Shown: positions 10,353 through 19,392 of the stretch, piece after piece
Numbering within the stretch: position 1 is the first letter of the stretch
Layout of the letters: each line of letters starts with the position of its first letter
IMG/VR virus record: IMGVR_UViG_3300004457_000077
Coordinates: 1-27,828 of that record
DNA from: a virus
Lineage: Duplodnaviria > Caudoviricetes
DNA: 27,828 nt
Direction: 5' to 3' (one strand)
Notes under the pieces: model-generated
Told to the model about the DNA's origin: nothing
The model's input: only the letters and a program-made list of their open reading frames with translations
The model's database searches: none
Program-made: the position numbers and the translations under genes

Positions 10353-12212
10353 ATGGTAATCCCAAGAACTCAATGTATATCAGTTATTGATGAATCGATA
10401 GGTAACCAGGCAAGAAATAACTATAATAATAATCCAGAAGCAGGATATCCAAGTAGTTATCCTAATAGTGCTGCAGTTATTCAGCATGATTGGAATAGAT
10501 TTAGAGCAGATTATCCCAACAATGGTGGTAATGGTAGAGAATTTTGGTTGCTACAACCAGGTAGATCTTTTCCTGATTTATTAAGACCATCAAATTATAT
10601 TAGCGACTCTTTAACTCATACAGTTACAGTTAATAGAGATAATGGTAGTGTTGCAAATAGATCTGATTGGTTTGCTATTTGTAATCTAGGAAGTCAACCA
10701 CCAGGTTCTTATGTATCCCTATGGTTAGACATTTCCGGTTCAATGAAACTCTCCACAGTTCAAGCGTCGTACAACTATTTCTTTCAACGATGTGCGGATG
10801 CTGGTATTAATATTGTTTTTGAGGAGAGTGATCAAGGCGAAAGATGGTCACAGGATCAAAGAACAAATTTTCTCCCGAGTGCATCTTTTTCTGGAGATCC
10901 AAATTTTTTAACAAATTTTAATGAAGATACTACAGTTTCAATACCATTTCAAGGAAGTGCTACATTATCTTGGATTGTGTTTGGGGATACAACTAGTGCA
11001 AGTATTAATGCTGGAGTAGGAGCAGTTTCTGATCCATCGGGAACTATAACTGTATCACCTGCTGCAACTACTGATTATATTTTGACAGCTGTTGGTCCCG
11101 TAGGATCATCATCAAGAACTGTGCGAGTTGTAGTTTTACCTCCTCCACCGCCAGTTGTAGTATTTGAAATTACACCAGCATCTTATATTTCTCCAGGAAA
11201 TGCTACATTATCCTGGACAGTTACTGGAAGTAATATTACAGATATTGATATTAACCAAGGAATTGGTAGTGTACTATCTAATACAACATTTAATTCAAGT
11301 GGGGTAGGCGTAGGTTCTATCAATGTTAGTCCTACTAATTCAACAACATATACTTTAACTGCTGATAATGAAGGTGGTGTTCAAGGAGCAACTACCAGTA
11401 AGAGTGTTGGAATAACTGTATATCAACCAACAAATGCTCAATTTATTAGTGCATCTCCAAACCCTATTACTGTTGGACAAGAGTCAACATTAACTTGGGC
11501 AGTAACTGGTAGTGCTTTAACAGCGTCAATTTCTCCTGCTATTACTGCGAATGGTCAAGTTCTCCTTAGTAGTTCCGGTGGTGTGTCTCCAACTGTTTCT
11601 ACAACTTATACTTTATCTGCAACGGGTCCAGGTGGTGCTGATTCTGACCAAATAACAGTTAATGTTTGTCAACTTCCACAAATTTCTGGTAATTTTCCAG
11701 TAAATATTGATTACAATGATTCTATTAGTACAGAAATAACATATGCTAATGCAGCTGGAGGTGTTGGTGTTATAGGTACATTTACTGGGGTTACTGGAGT
11801 AGTAACATCTGTTACATATAATTTAACACCTAGTGTTAGTGATGAATCAAATGCTTCAACAACAGAAACTTTCACTCCTAATATACCATGGGATAATTTT
11901 GGTCCTGCTTCTATTCAATGGACATTATTTGCAAATGGGTGTGGAGGATCTATTTCTTCAGTGATAAGTCCTGTAACTAATGTTGAGATTGACCAGTTGC
12001 CTGATTCTATTAATGTTCCAGAAAATCGTAATGAAATTCCATCAGATAACGTAGAAGCACCTGATTTTGAAACAGTAATTAGTGATCCTATTCAAATTAC
12101 TGACATAGATATACCAGTAGAAATCAGAGCATCAGACCCAATTCAGGTTAGGTTTGGCAATGATGATCCAGAAATAGAATCAAATTGGAATAACCTTAGA
12201 GAAATACTATAA
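10353..12212 (+). CDS. Virion fibre/adhesin paralog 1: vWA-like head + Ig/PKD-like repeats + shared C-terminal module
   Basis: MIDAS-like LWLDISGSM (DxSxS, ~10728-10742); repeated ATLSW...TTYTLTA beta-sandwich units; PPPPP linker; C-terminal IDQLPDSINVP...DDPEIESNW shared with the next two genes. Confidence 0.7.
   Translation: MVIPRTQCISVIDESIGNQARNNYNNNPEAGYPSSYPNSAAVIQHDWNRFRADYPNNGGNGREFWLLQPGRSFPDLLRPSNYISDSLTHTVTVNRDNGSVANRSDWFAICNLGSQPPGSYVSLWLDISGSMKLSTVQASYNYFFQRCADAGINIVFEESDQGERWSQDQRTNFLPSASFSGDPNFLTNFNEDTTVSIPFQGSATLSWIVFGDTTSASINAGVGAVSDPSGTITVSPAATTDYILTAVGPVGSSSRTVRVVVLPPPPPVVVFEITPASYISPGNATLSWTVTGSNITDIDINQGIGSVLSNTTFNSSGVGVGSINVSPTNSTTYTLTADNEGGVQGATTSKSVGITVYQPTNAQFISASPNPITVGQESTLTWAVTGSALTASISPAITANGQVLLSSSGGVSPTVSTTYTLSATGPGGADSDQITVNVCQLPQISGNFPVNIDYNDSISTEITYANAAGGVGVIGTFTGVTGVVTSVTYNLTPSVSDESNASTTETFTPNIPWDNFGPASIQWTLFANGCGGSISSVISPVTNVEIDQLPDSINVPENRNEIPSDNVEAPDFETVISDPIQITDIDIPVEIRASDPIQVRFGNDDPEIESNWNNLREIL
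12000..12092 (+). repeat. 93-bp exact direct repeat, copy 1 (copy 2 at 13748-13840; diverged copy from ~15257)
   Basis: cctgattctattaatgttccagaaaatcgt...gaaacagtaattagtgatcctatt is identical at both positions, compared base by base. Confidence 0.92.
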
Positions 12213-13957
12213 TGTCATCACAAAATGTTCAAGTAACAGGTGGATTTAATGGCACTAATGGTACTATTCCTGGAGGTGCTCAAAATATACAATTAAGTAT
12301 TGGTGGTGCTCGCGGTGGAGCAGGAGGTTTTGATGCTGGCGGTCCTGGTGGTAGTAGAGGAAATGGACGAACCGGAGTCTTTAGTATTCCTTCAAGCAAT
12401 TCTAATCGTAGTTATTCATTACTTCCTGGTACTGTTGGTGCAGCTGGTCCGGGCGGAACTGGAGCAGCTGTAGGTGGAAATGGGGGAGTTGTTGTAGGTA
12501 ACGGCGATGGTGGTAAAGGTGGTGATGATGGAACTAGTGGGTGGTCTGGATGTGGAGGAGGTGGAGGTGCTTGCTCATATTTTTATCTTAGTGGTACAAT
12601 AGCTGTTAATGCCGGAGGTGGCGGTGGCGGAGGTGGTGGATCTCTCAATGCAGGCGGCAGCAATGCCTCAAGTGCAGGAGGTTGGACTACTGGTGGCGTA
12701 TCATCTAATAATGGTGGAGGCGGTGGAAATAAAGGTGGTGGAGACGGCGGAGGCGGCGGAGGCGGCGGTGGTGGTCACACTGGAGGTGGTGGCGGCGGTG
12801 CTGGTCAAGATAATAGTTTTGGCGGTGGCGGCGGTGGTGGAGGTTCCTCTAGATATAATAATGGTCTTGTATCTTTAAGTAGTCAGGGAACTAATAGTGG
12901 ACAAGGTTATGCCATTCTTTATTATACTTTAATAACTGCTGAAGTTAATACCTTTACAATTTCTCCTAGTAGTATAATTGCTGGTGTCAATTCAGCAACT
13001 TTAACTTGGGGTGTAAGTGATTCTGTATCTCAAAGTATTAATCAAGGTATTGGAGCAGTAGGTACATCTGGTTCTACTATTGTGAGTCCAAATAATAATA
13101 AAACTTACACAATAACTGCTATTGGTTTAGGTGGTAATGCTTCTGCAAGTGTAAATTTAACTGTATATCAACCTGTTGTTGCTCAATTTATTAGTGCATC
13201 CCCGAATCCTATTATTCTTGGTCAATCATCAACATTAACTTGGGCAGTATCTGGTTCTGCTAACACCCCCGCCACTATTAACCAAGGAGTTGGTAATGTT
13301 CTGTTTACTAGTAGCACAGGTGTATCACCATCTAGTAGTACAACTTATACTTTATCTGCATCAGGTCCTGGTGGCAGTGACTCAGATCAAATAACAGTAG
13401 TAGTAAATCAACCACCTCAACTAAGTTATAATACTCCAGTAAATATTGATTATGGAGATGCTGTTACTTTTGATGTAACATATAGATATGCAACAGGTGG
13501 AGTTAACGGAACCGCGTCGTATTCGATAACAGATCCTGCCACTGGTAATACTATTACTAGTGTAGAAAATCTTAGTTTACCGGGCACAACATCAGATGAA
13601 AGTGGTGCTGCTGTAACATCATCTATTACATTAAATATTCCGTGGACATCATATGGAGTATTTGGTATTGCATTATCATTAACTTCTAGTGGAGGTGGAG
13701 GTTCTACAAATATACCAAGTTATATAAATGTTATTGTTGACGAGTTACCTGATTCTATTAATGTTCCAGAAAATCGTAATGAAATTCCATCAGATAACGT
13801 AGAAGCACCTGATTTTGAAACAGTAATTAGTGATCCTATTGTGGTTGATGATATTGATGTTGCTGTAGAAATTAAGGCATCAGACCCAATTCAGGTTAGG
13901 TTTGATGATGATGATCCAGAAATAGAATCAAATTGGAAGAACGTTAGACCGATATAA
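12212..13957 (+). CDS. Virion fibre/adhesin paralog 2: glycine-rich head + Ig/PKD-like repeats + shared C-terminal module
   Basis: About 230 aa N-terminal domain with long poly-Gly runs; STLTWAV...TTYTLSASGPGG units; same C-terminal module. TAATG stop/start overlap with the upstream gene. Confidence 0.7.
   Translation: MSSQNVQVTGGFNGTNGTIPGGAQNIQLSIGGARGGAGGFDAGGPGGSRGNGRTGVFSIPSSNSNRSYSLLPGTVGAAGPGGTGAAVGGNGGVVVGNGDGGKGGDDGTSGWSGCGGGGGACSYFYLSGTIAVNAGGGGGGGGGSLNAGGSNASSAGGWTTGGVSSNNGGGGGNKGGGDGGGGGGGGGGHTGGGGGGAGQDNSFGGGGGGGGSSRYNNGLVSLSSQGTNSGQGYAILYYTLITAEVNTFTISPSSIIAGVNSATLTWGVSDSVSQSINQGIGAVGTSGSTIVSPNNNKTYTITAIGLGGNASASVNLTVYQPVVAQFISASPNPIILGQSSTLTWAVSGSANTPATINQGVGNVLFTSSTGVSPSSSTTYTLSASGPGGSDSDQITVVVNQPPQLSYNTPVNIDYGDAVTFDVTYRYATGGVNGTASYSITDPATGNTITSVENLSLPGTTSDESGAAVTSSITLNIPWTSYGVFGIALSLTSSGGGGSTNIPSYINVIVDELPDSINVPENRNEIPSDNVEAPDFETVISDPIVVDDIDVAVEIKASDPIQVRFDDDDPEIESNWKNVRPI
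12301..12845 (+). repeat. Low-complexity GGN-codon (poly-glycine) coding tract
   Basis: Runs of ggt/ggc/gga codons, e.g. 12766-12844, encode GGGGGGGGGGHTGGGGGGAG...GGGGGGGGS. This is a coding repeat, not an array. Confidence 0.85.
13748..13840 (+). repeat. 93-bp exact direct repeat, copy 2
   Basis: Identical to 12000-12092; encodes PDSINVPENRNEIPSDNVEAPDFETVISDPI. Confidence 0.92.
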
Positions 13958-13963
13958 AATAAA

Positions 13964-15466
13964 ATGACACAAGACTCTAGTTTTACAAGCAGATCTCCTA
14001 ATAGTGCTGGATATACGAATCAGTTCTTTGAACCGAACTGGTCTAGTTTCATGAATAATTATAATATTGGGGGTCAAGATGCTGGTGGCACACCTGGTCT
14101 CAATAGATTCTATTATTGGACTATTACTTTTGCAAATTATGGTAGACAACGATTTTATGCCAATTGTGATGATAATGGAGCGATTTATATTAATGGCAAC
14201 TATGAAATGGGAATGGGTGGATTTGGAACACAAAGTTTAGTCACTACTACAAATTACTATGGTCCAGGCACATATACTCTTAGTGCTAATGCTAATAATA
14301 GTGGTGGTGGACCTTGGGGTATTGCTATAGACTGGGTTGGATTTATTCCTCCTCCACCTGTTCCTGGATGTACAGACTCTCGTGCTACAAACTATAATCC
14401 AAACGCAGATGTTGATAATGGAAGTTGTGCATACCCTACTCCATCTGTCACTTTAAGTGTTAGTCCTTCTAGTTATATTGCACCTGGATCTGCTACATTA
14501 ACTTGGTCGGTTTCTAATTCCACAGCACGAACTTTAACTGGACAAGGTAGTGTTGGTTCTTCAAATCCTCCTGGTGGTATTATAGTATCTCCTAATAATA
14601 GTCAGTCTTACACATTGAATGCATCTTATTATGGAATTACTAGTAATACTAAGACTGTAAATTTAACTGTATATCAACCTGTTGTTGCTCAATTTATCAG
14701 TGCATCTCCAAACCCTATTACTGTTGGACAATCATCGACGTTAACCTGGGCAGTAACTGGTTCTGCCAATACTCCTGCAACTATTAACCAAGGAGTTGGT
14801 AATGTTCTGTTTACTAGTAGCACAAGTGTATCTCCATCTAGTACTACAACTTATACTTTATCTGCTAGTGGTCCAGGTGGTAGCGATTCTGATCCTATTA
14901 CTGTAAATGTAAATCAACCGCCACAACTAAGTTATAATACTCCAGTAAGTATTGATTATGGTGATACTACCCAAAGTTATCCTATAACATATAGATATGC
15001 AACAAACGGAGTTAGTGGAACAGCTGTCTATACTATGAAAAATCCTAATACTGGAAATACAACTACTATTACTCAGAATGTTAGTTTACCAGGAACAGCT
15101 TCTGATGAAAGTGGTGCTGCTATAACGAATACATTTACACCTAATATTCCATGGACAGCATATGGAGCATATTCTATTGCATTATCACTAACAGCTAGTG
15201 GCGGTGGAGGTTCTGTTAATGTACCTAAAACTATCAATGTTAATATTGATCAGTTACCTGATTCTATTAATGTCCCAGATAATCTAGATGAAATTCCTTC
15301 TGATGATGTTGAGGCACCTGATTTTGAAACAGTAATTAGTGATCCTATTGTGGTTAATGATATTGATGTTGCCGTAGAAATCAGAGCATCAGACCCAATT
15401 CAAGTGAAGTTCGATGATGATGATCCAGAAATAGAATCAAATTGGAAGAACGTTCGTCCAATGTGA
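13964..15466 (+). CDS. Virion fibre/adhesin paralog 3: PA14-like head + Cys motif + Ig/PKD-like repeats + shared C-terminal module
   Basis: RFYANCDDNGAIYINGN resembles the PA14 DD motif; PPPPVP linker followed by GCTDSRATNYNPNADVDNGSC; stalk and C-terminus closely match paralog 2. Confidence 0.7.
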   Translation: MTQDSSFTSRSPNSAGYTNQFFEPNWSSFMNNYNIGGQDAGGTPGLNRFYYWTITFANYGRQRFYANCDDNGAIYINGNYEMGMGGFGTQSLVTTTNYYGPGTYTLSANANNSGGGPWGIAIDWVGFIPPPPVPGCTDSRATNYNPNADVDNGSCAYPTPSVTLSVSPSSYIAPGSATLTWSVSNSTARTLTGQGSVGSSNPPGGIIVSPNNSQSYTLNASYYGITSNTKTVNLTVYQPVVAQFISASPNPITVGQSSTLTWAVTGSANTPATINQGVGNVLFTSSTSVSPSSTTTYTLSASGPGGSDSDPITVNVNQPPQLSYNTPVSIDYGDTTQSYPITYRYATNGVSGTAVYTMKNPNTGNTTTITQNVSLPGTASDESGAAITNTFTPNIPWTAYGAYSIALSLTASGGGGSVNVPKTINVNIDQLPDSINVPDNLDEIPSDDVEAPDFETVISDPIVVNDIDVAVEIRASDPIQVKFDDDDPEIESNWKNVRPM

Positions 15467-15472
15467 TAAATA
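15465..15472 (+). promoter_or_regulatory. Putative T4-type late promoter (NATAAATA)
   Basis: GATAAATA overlaps the upstream stop codon and extends into the intergenic gap, 27 nt before the ATG at 15500. It matches the T4 gp55-dependent TATAAATA box at 7 of 8 positions. Confidence 0.65.
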
Positions 15473-15499
15473 TAACTAAGGGAAAAAGATCAACTTCAA

Positions 15500-18400
15500 A
15501 TGCCGATATATCAGTATAGTTCGACACCGCTATATGTTGAAGAGAATCAATCCATCCAGTTTCGCTATGAAGCACCTCCTGGATTCTCCGAAATTAAGCA
15601 AGTTACCATTAAAATTGGTGAGCTTACTGTCTTCTGGATTATTGAAACCAAGTTAGAAGATTTTGCACCGGATCCGTTTTTCTTTCAAGAGATTGATCCT
15701 GTAGAAGTAGATACATTATTTACTTTTGCAGAGACTGCTAATGGTCCTAATGCTGATCCTTACACGGGATTGTCAACAGATACTCCTGCAATAAGACAAG
15801 GAGAACAAGCTGTTACTATTACAGGTCTTGATCCTGGTACACAAGCACCTTTGCTAGTAACATCTAATGTTATTGATTCTAATGATTATGACTATAGATT
15901 AAGATTATATGATAGTGCAAATACTTCTTATGGTTCATGGGGAGCTTGGACAAAATCTACAACCAATACAATTAGAAACTTAGATCAAATACAACTTAGA
16001 TTAAGATCGTCACCAGGACCAGCTGATGAAAAGAACGTTAGTGTTACTGTTGGCACGGGAAATGCTGAGTGGAAGATTACAACTGGCACCATTCCTATTA
16101 ATACACCAAATCCAGCACCTAATTTTGGTAGTTTAAATAATCAAGAACTTAATGCTTTAGTTTATAGTGCAAGACCTCAAATTTTGGGACTTACAACTAG
16201 TGCTACTATCACTGTTGATGGTGGAGCACAAGTTGCAGTATCTAATACTAATACTACGTTTACCAATGCAGATGGATTTGCTGTCTTCAATAATATTCTA
16301 TCTGGGTGGGGAAATAATTTAACAGTAAGTAATGGTCAATACGTACAACTAAGAGGAACTACTAGTTCTATATCAAATTTTCCCGAAAGTTTTAACGTTA
16401 CTATTGGTGATGGTGCTAATATTTCTTCGTGGATTGTTACAACTGGTGTTGGTATTGATTCATTACCAGATAGTTTTGTCTTCAACAATTTAGTAGGACA
16501 AGTTCCTGGACAAATAGATATAAGATCTACTGCAAGCGGTAGTGTTAGTAGTGGTATTGCATTAGTAAAAGGATTAACACCTGGCACTACTGTACCAGTT
16601 GTATTAAGATCTTCAGACACAACATCTCAGTACGATCCTAGAATTAGTATTAATGGAGGATCTTCTAGTCAGATTTCTAATACTACTGTAAAGAATGATG
16701 ATACTATTGAATTAGTTTTGAATGGATCTAGTGATGTATATGATCCCCTTACTGCAGGACAAGGAATTGCAAAAATGGGAATCAATGTTGGTGATAGACC
16801 TATCCCTACATGGAGCGTTACAAATTGGACTGCTCCAGATACTACACCTTCCTTCACTCCTATCACTCAAGTTATCAATAGAACTCCTGGCGGTACGAGT
16901 ATTGTTGGTCCAATAGGCTTGACAGATTTTAATTTACCGATTACACTAAGTGCTACTACACCTCAATCATTTAATGAATTTAATTTTGCTACAGGTGAGA
17001 ACATAGGAAATGTTTTATTCTCTGTGAATAATGGTCCAGCAACTGCTGGTCCAGTGACTGCTACTCCTAATCCTACTGGTGATCCAGTGTTTGTCACTAT
17101 TATTATGCAGCAACCAGGAAATGCTGACATAGATCCTGTTGTTGGATTATCAAATTATGGACAAACTAACATTACTTTTGGTGATGCATCTACTTTTCAA
17201 CTTAGATCAATTAATTATGCTGTAAAACCTATTCCACCATCATACAAATCGATATGGTATTCTAATAAAAATGAATCTTTTGATGAAGATGGATGGATAG
17301 CAGCAGGAGAAGATCCTAATAATGCGTCAAATTATTATCGAGCACCTAAATTTGATGGTTATGCACTAGGAACTATTTTACCTATTCCTAAAGAAGTAAT
17401 TGCATCTGCTGGTAATAATTTTGGATATGGTTCTATTGAAGATAGATTCCCTGGATTCTTGCCTTGTGATGGTGGATCATATGCTGCAGCAGATTATCCA
17501 TGGTTATGGGAAGCAATTCAAAATCAATATGGAGGAAATGCCACATATGTTCCATCAACTAAAACATATAGTGGTAATTTTAACGTACCCGATTATCGTA
17601 ATGTTAGAATGGTTGGTGTCGGTAAAGTTGATGCTAATCGAGGGTCATCTGCTATTGTTCCAGTAACTAGTCCTGGTGGAGATTTTGAAACTCCTGGTGC
17701 TACTGGAGGTTGGTGGTTTGTTGATGATGTGGATGTTGCTGGTCCTGACCCAGAGGAACAAGTAATTGCTCCTCCAGGATCAACTACGGGAACAGAGTCC
17801 GATTACTTTTCATTAGGAACTCCAAGAACATTTGGAACTGAACTTTTATCAACAGAAGTTGAATATAATGTCACAGGATCTGTTGGCGCAGTTATTGGAG
17901 AAGTTAGTAGTGTTAATGTGCAAGTTCCTCAGCATGAGCATGTATTAGTTACAGGAAAAGTTGAGGGTGATGGTGGGGATCCTTGTATTCCTTGGTACAC
18001 ATATGCATATTATAGAACTGATCCATCAGAATCAGGATCAACTGGACAAAATCAGGACGATGATAAGAATGATGCAGTTGAGGATGGATACTGGGGAAAT
18101 TTGTTGGGTTGGAGAGATGGATTCGCTGATTTTAGTAGTCAAGTTGCTAAAAGTGGTCTTGGTGATGCAGAAGATTTATTACCAGGAAATGGTGAAAGTA
18201 CTGTTGCGTTTGGTAATTATTGGGGATCTCCATTTGCAGACTTACAAGCGGAAATACCAGGAAATTTAAATCAACATTTTATTGGTAGTGGAAATCCATT
18301 GGATGCTGCTGTAATTGACACAGAAGATGGTAGAGCACGAGTTGATTCTTATCAATCAATTTATGGAACATTAAGTCATGCTCACTTGCTTGGTCAAGAT

Positions 18401-18661
18401 CCTGTATTAGATCCTAATACAGATTTTACTTTCGGTAACGTTACCGGTGCTGCTATTGCACACAAGCAAGGGTTAGCAAATTTCGGACTTAACACATCTG
18501 TATTTTTCAATCAATCTGATGTTCAAATTGAATTAAATCCTGGTACATTTACATGGAATAATTCAACTAAACCAGTTCCTTCTGCTACTTTAGATCCTCA
18601 GCGTAAAGTTCCTGTGGTAACTCCCTTCCACAAAATCAAATATATAATAAAGGCATATTAA
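15500..18661 (+). CDS. Tail-collar-domain fibre protein C, with a long N-terminal repeat arm
   Basis: Four N-terminal D-x-x-P-D-x-F-type repeats. Collar motif LGTILPIP...FPGFLPCDGGSYAAADYPWLWEAIQNQYGG...FNVPDYRNVRMVGVG. HEH and HAH motifs. C-terminal VTPFHKIKYIIKAY. Confidence 0.8.
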   Translation: MPIYQYSSTPLYVEENQSIQFRYEAPPGFSEIKQVTIKIGELTVFWIIETKLEDFAPDPFFFQEIDPVEVDTLFTFAETANGPNADPYTGLSTDTPAIRQGEQAVTITGLDPGTQAPLLVTSNVIDSNDYDYRLRLYDSANTSYGSWGAWTKSTTNTIRNLDQIQLRLRSSPGPADEKNVSVTVGTGNAEWKITTGTIPINTPNPAPNFGSLNNQELNALVYSARPQILGLTTSATITVDGGAQVAVSNTNTTFTNADGFAVFNNILSGWGNNLTVSNGQYVQLRGTTSSISNFPESFNVTIGDGANISSWIVTTGVGIDSLPDSFVFNNLVGQVPGQIDIRSTASGSVSSGIALVKGLTPGTTVPVVLRSSDTTSQYDPRISINGGSSSQISNTTVKNDDTIELVLNGSSDVYDPLTAGQGIAKMGINVGDRPIPTWSVTNWTAPDTTPSFTPITQVINRTPGGTSIVGPIGLTDFNLPITLSATTPQSFNEFNFATGENIGNVLFSVNNGPATAGPVTATPNPTGDPVFVTIIMQQPGNADIDPVVGLSNYGQTNITFGDASTFQLRSINYAVKPIPPSYKSIWYSNKNESFDEDGWIAAGEDPNNASNYYRAPKFDGYALGTILPIPKEVIASAGNNFGYGSIEDRFPGFLPCDGGSYAAADYPWLWEAIQNQYGGNATYVPSTKTYSGNFNVPDYRNVRMVGVGKVDANRGSSAIVPVTSPGGDFETPGATGGWWFVDDVDVAGPDPEEQVIAPPGSTTGTESDYFSLGTPRTFGTELLSTEVEYNVTGSVGAVIGEVSSVNVQVPQHEHVLVTGKVEGDGGDPCIPWYTYAYYRTDPSESGSTGQNQDDDKNDAVEDGYWGNLLGWRDGFADFSSQVAKSGLGDAEDLLPGNGESTVAFGNYWGSPFADLQAEIPGNLNQHFIGSGNPLDAAVIDTEDGRARVDSYQSIYGTLSHAHLLGQDPVLDPNTDFTFGNVTGAAIAHKQGLANFGLNTSVFFNQSDVQIELNPGTFTWNNSTKPVPSATLDPQRKVPVVTPFHKIKYIIKAY

Positions 18662-18674
18662 ATTACAGATCATT

Positions 18675-19391
18675 ATGAAATCAGGAAATAATGCGAAGGT
18701 GCAAGAATGGCGTCCGTTAGAATTAATGAGAGATCCAAAGGTAACGGATTTTACATGTGAAGATTTTATTGGTGTATGGGAAAATTTTATTCCAGAATCA
18801 TTTTGTGATCACGTTATAAAGTGGTTTGATCATCTAACTGATGGAGGTGGTGCTTCTACTATCGATCCTAGCGATTTTGAAGAATCTTTTGGACCTACAG
18901 ATACTGAAAATGCTGCAACCACTCTCATAGATGGCGAGATACAATATTACAGCAATATGAATAGAAAGGATAAATCCCTTCTAGCAAATTATTGTAATGA
19001 TGGTTTAACCTACCAAACTAATCAATATTTGAAATCTTGTTTAAAACATTATATAAGTGAATTTGGTCAATTAAAGCAAGTTCCCCTAATATCTACTGAC
19101 ATTAAAGTACAGAAAACATCACCAGGTGGTGGATATCATCAATGGCACTATGAAAACTCTGCTGCATCACATGCACAGAGAGAGATTGTTTGGATGATTT
19201 ACCTTAATGATCTAGAAGATGATGGTGGTGGAGAAACAGAATTCATGTACCAATTAAAGCGTATTCGTCCTACAAAAGGAACAGTTGTTATCTTCCCGGC
19301 AGGTCTAACCCATGTCCATAAAGGAAATATGGTACTAAAGGGTGATAAATATATTTTGACAGGATGGTACATAAAAACACACCTTAACTAG
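18675..19391 (+). CDS. 2OG-Fe(II) oxygenase (prolyl-4-hydroxylase-like, cyanophage type)
   Basis: GGGYHQWHYE (HxE), VWMIYLND...GGETEF, GTVVIFPAGLTHVHKG (distal His), KYILTGW (2OG-binding Lys). Confidence 0.9.
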   Translation: MKSGNNAKVQEWRPLELMRDPKVTDFTCEDFIGVWENFIPESFCDHVIKWFDHLTDGGGASTIDPSDFEESFGPTDTENAATTLIDGEIQYYSNMNRKDKSLLANYCNDGLTYQTNQYLKSCLKHYISEFGQLKQVPLISTDIKVQKTSPGGGYHQWHYENSAASHAQREIVWMIYLNDLEDDGGGETEFMYQLKRIRPTKGTVVIFPAGLTHVHKGNMVLKGDKYILTGWYIKTHLN

Positions 19392-19392
19392 T

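Noticed and set aside
12301-12845. Glycine-rich tract as collagen or a G-quadruplex regulatory element
   Set aside because: The runs are consecutive glycines, not Gly-X-Y, and are mostly GG-N codons without GGG tracts; protein coding explains the pattern.
12000-15454. C-terminal repeats as a diversity-generating retroelement (TR/VR) or CRISPR array
   Set aside because: All copies are coding, differences are not confined to adenines, no reverse transcriptase is in the window, and there is no repeat-spacer periodicity.
443-18269. Many 60-127 aa alternative-frame and minus-strand ORFs nested in structural genes
   Set aside because: They lie fully within long motif-bearing genes. Their L/M/V- or S/P/T-rich translations are the expected by-product of the biased codon usage.
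19344-19351. GATAAATA possible late promoter before the chaperone gene
   Set aside because: It coincides with the conserved D-K-Y codons of the oxygenase in AT-rich DNA, so it cannot be told from chance without TSS data.
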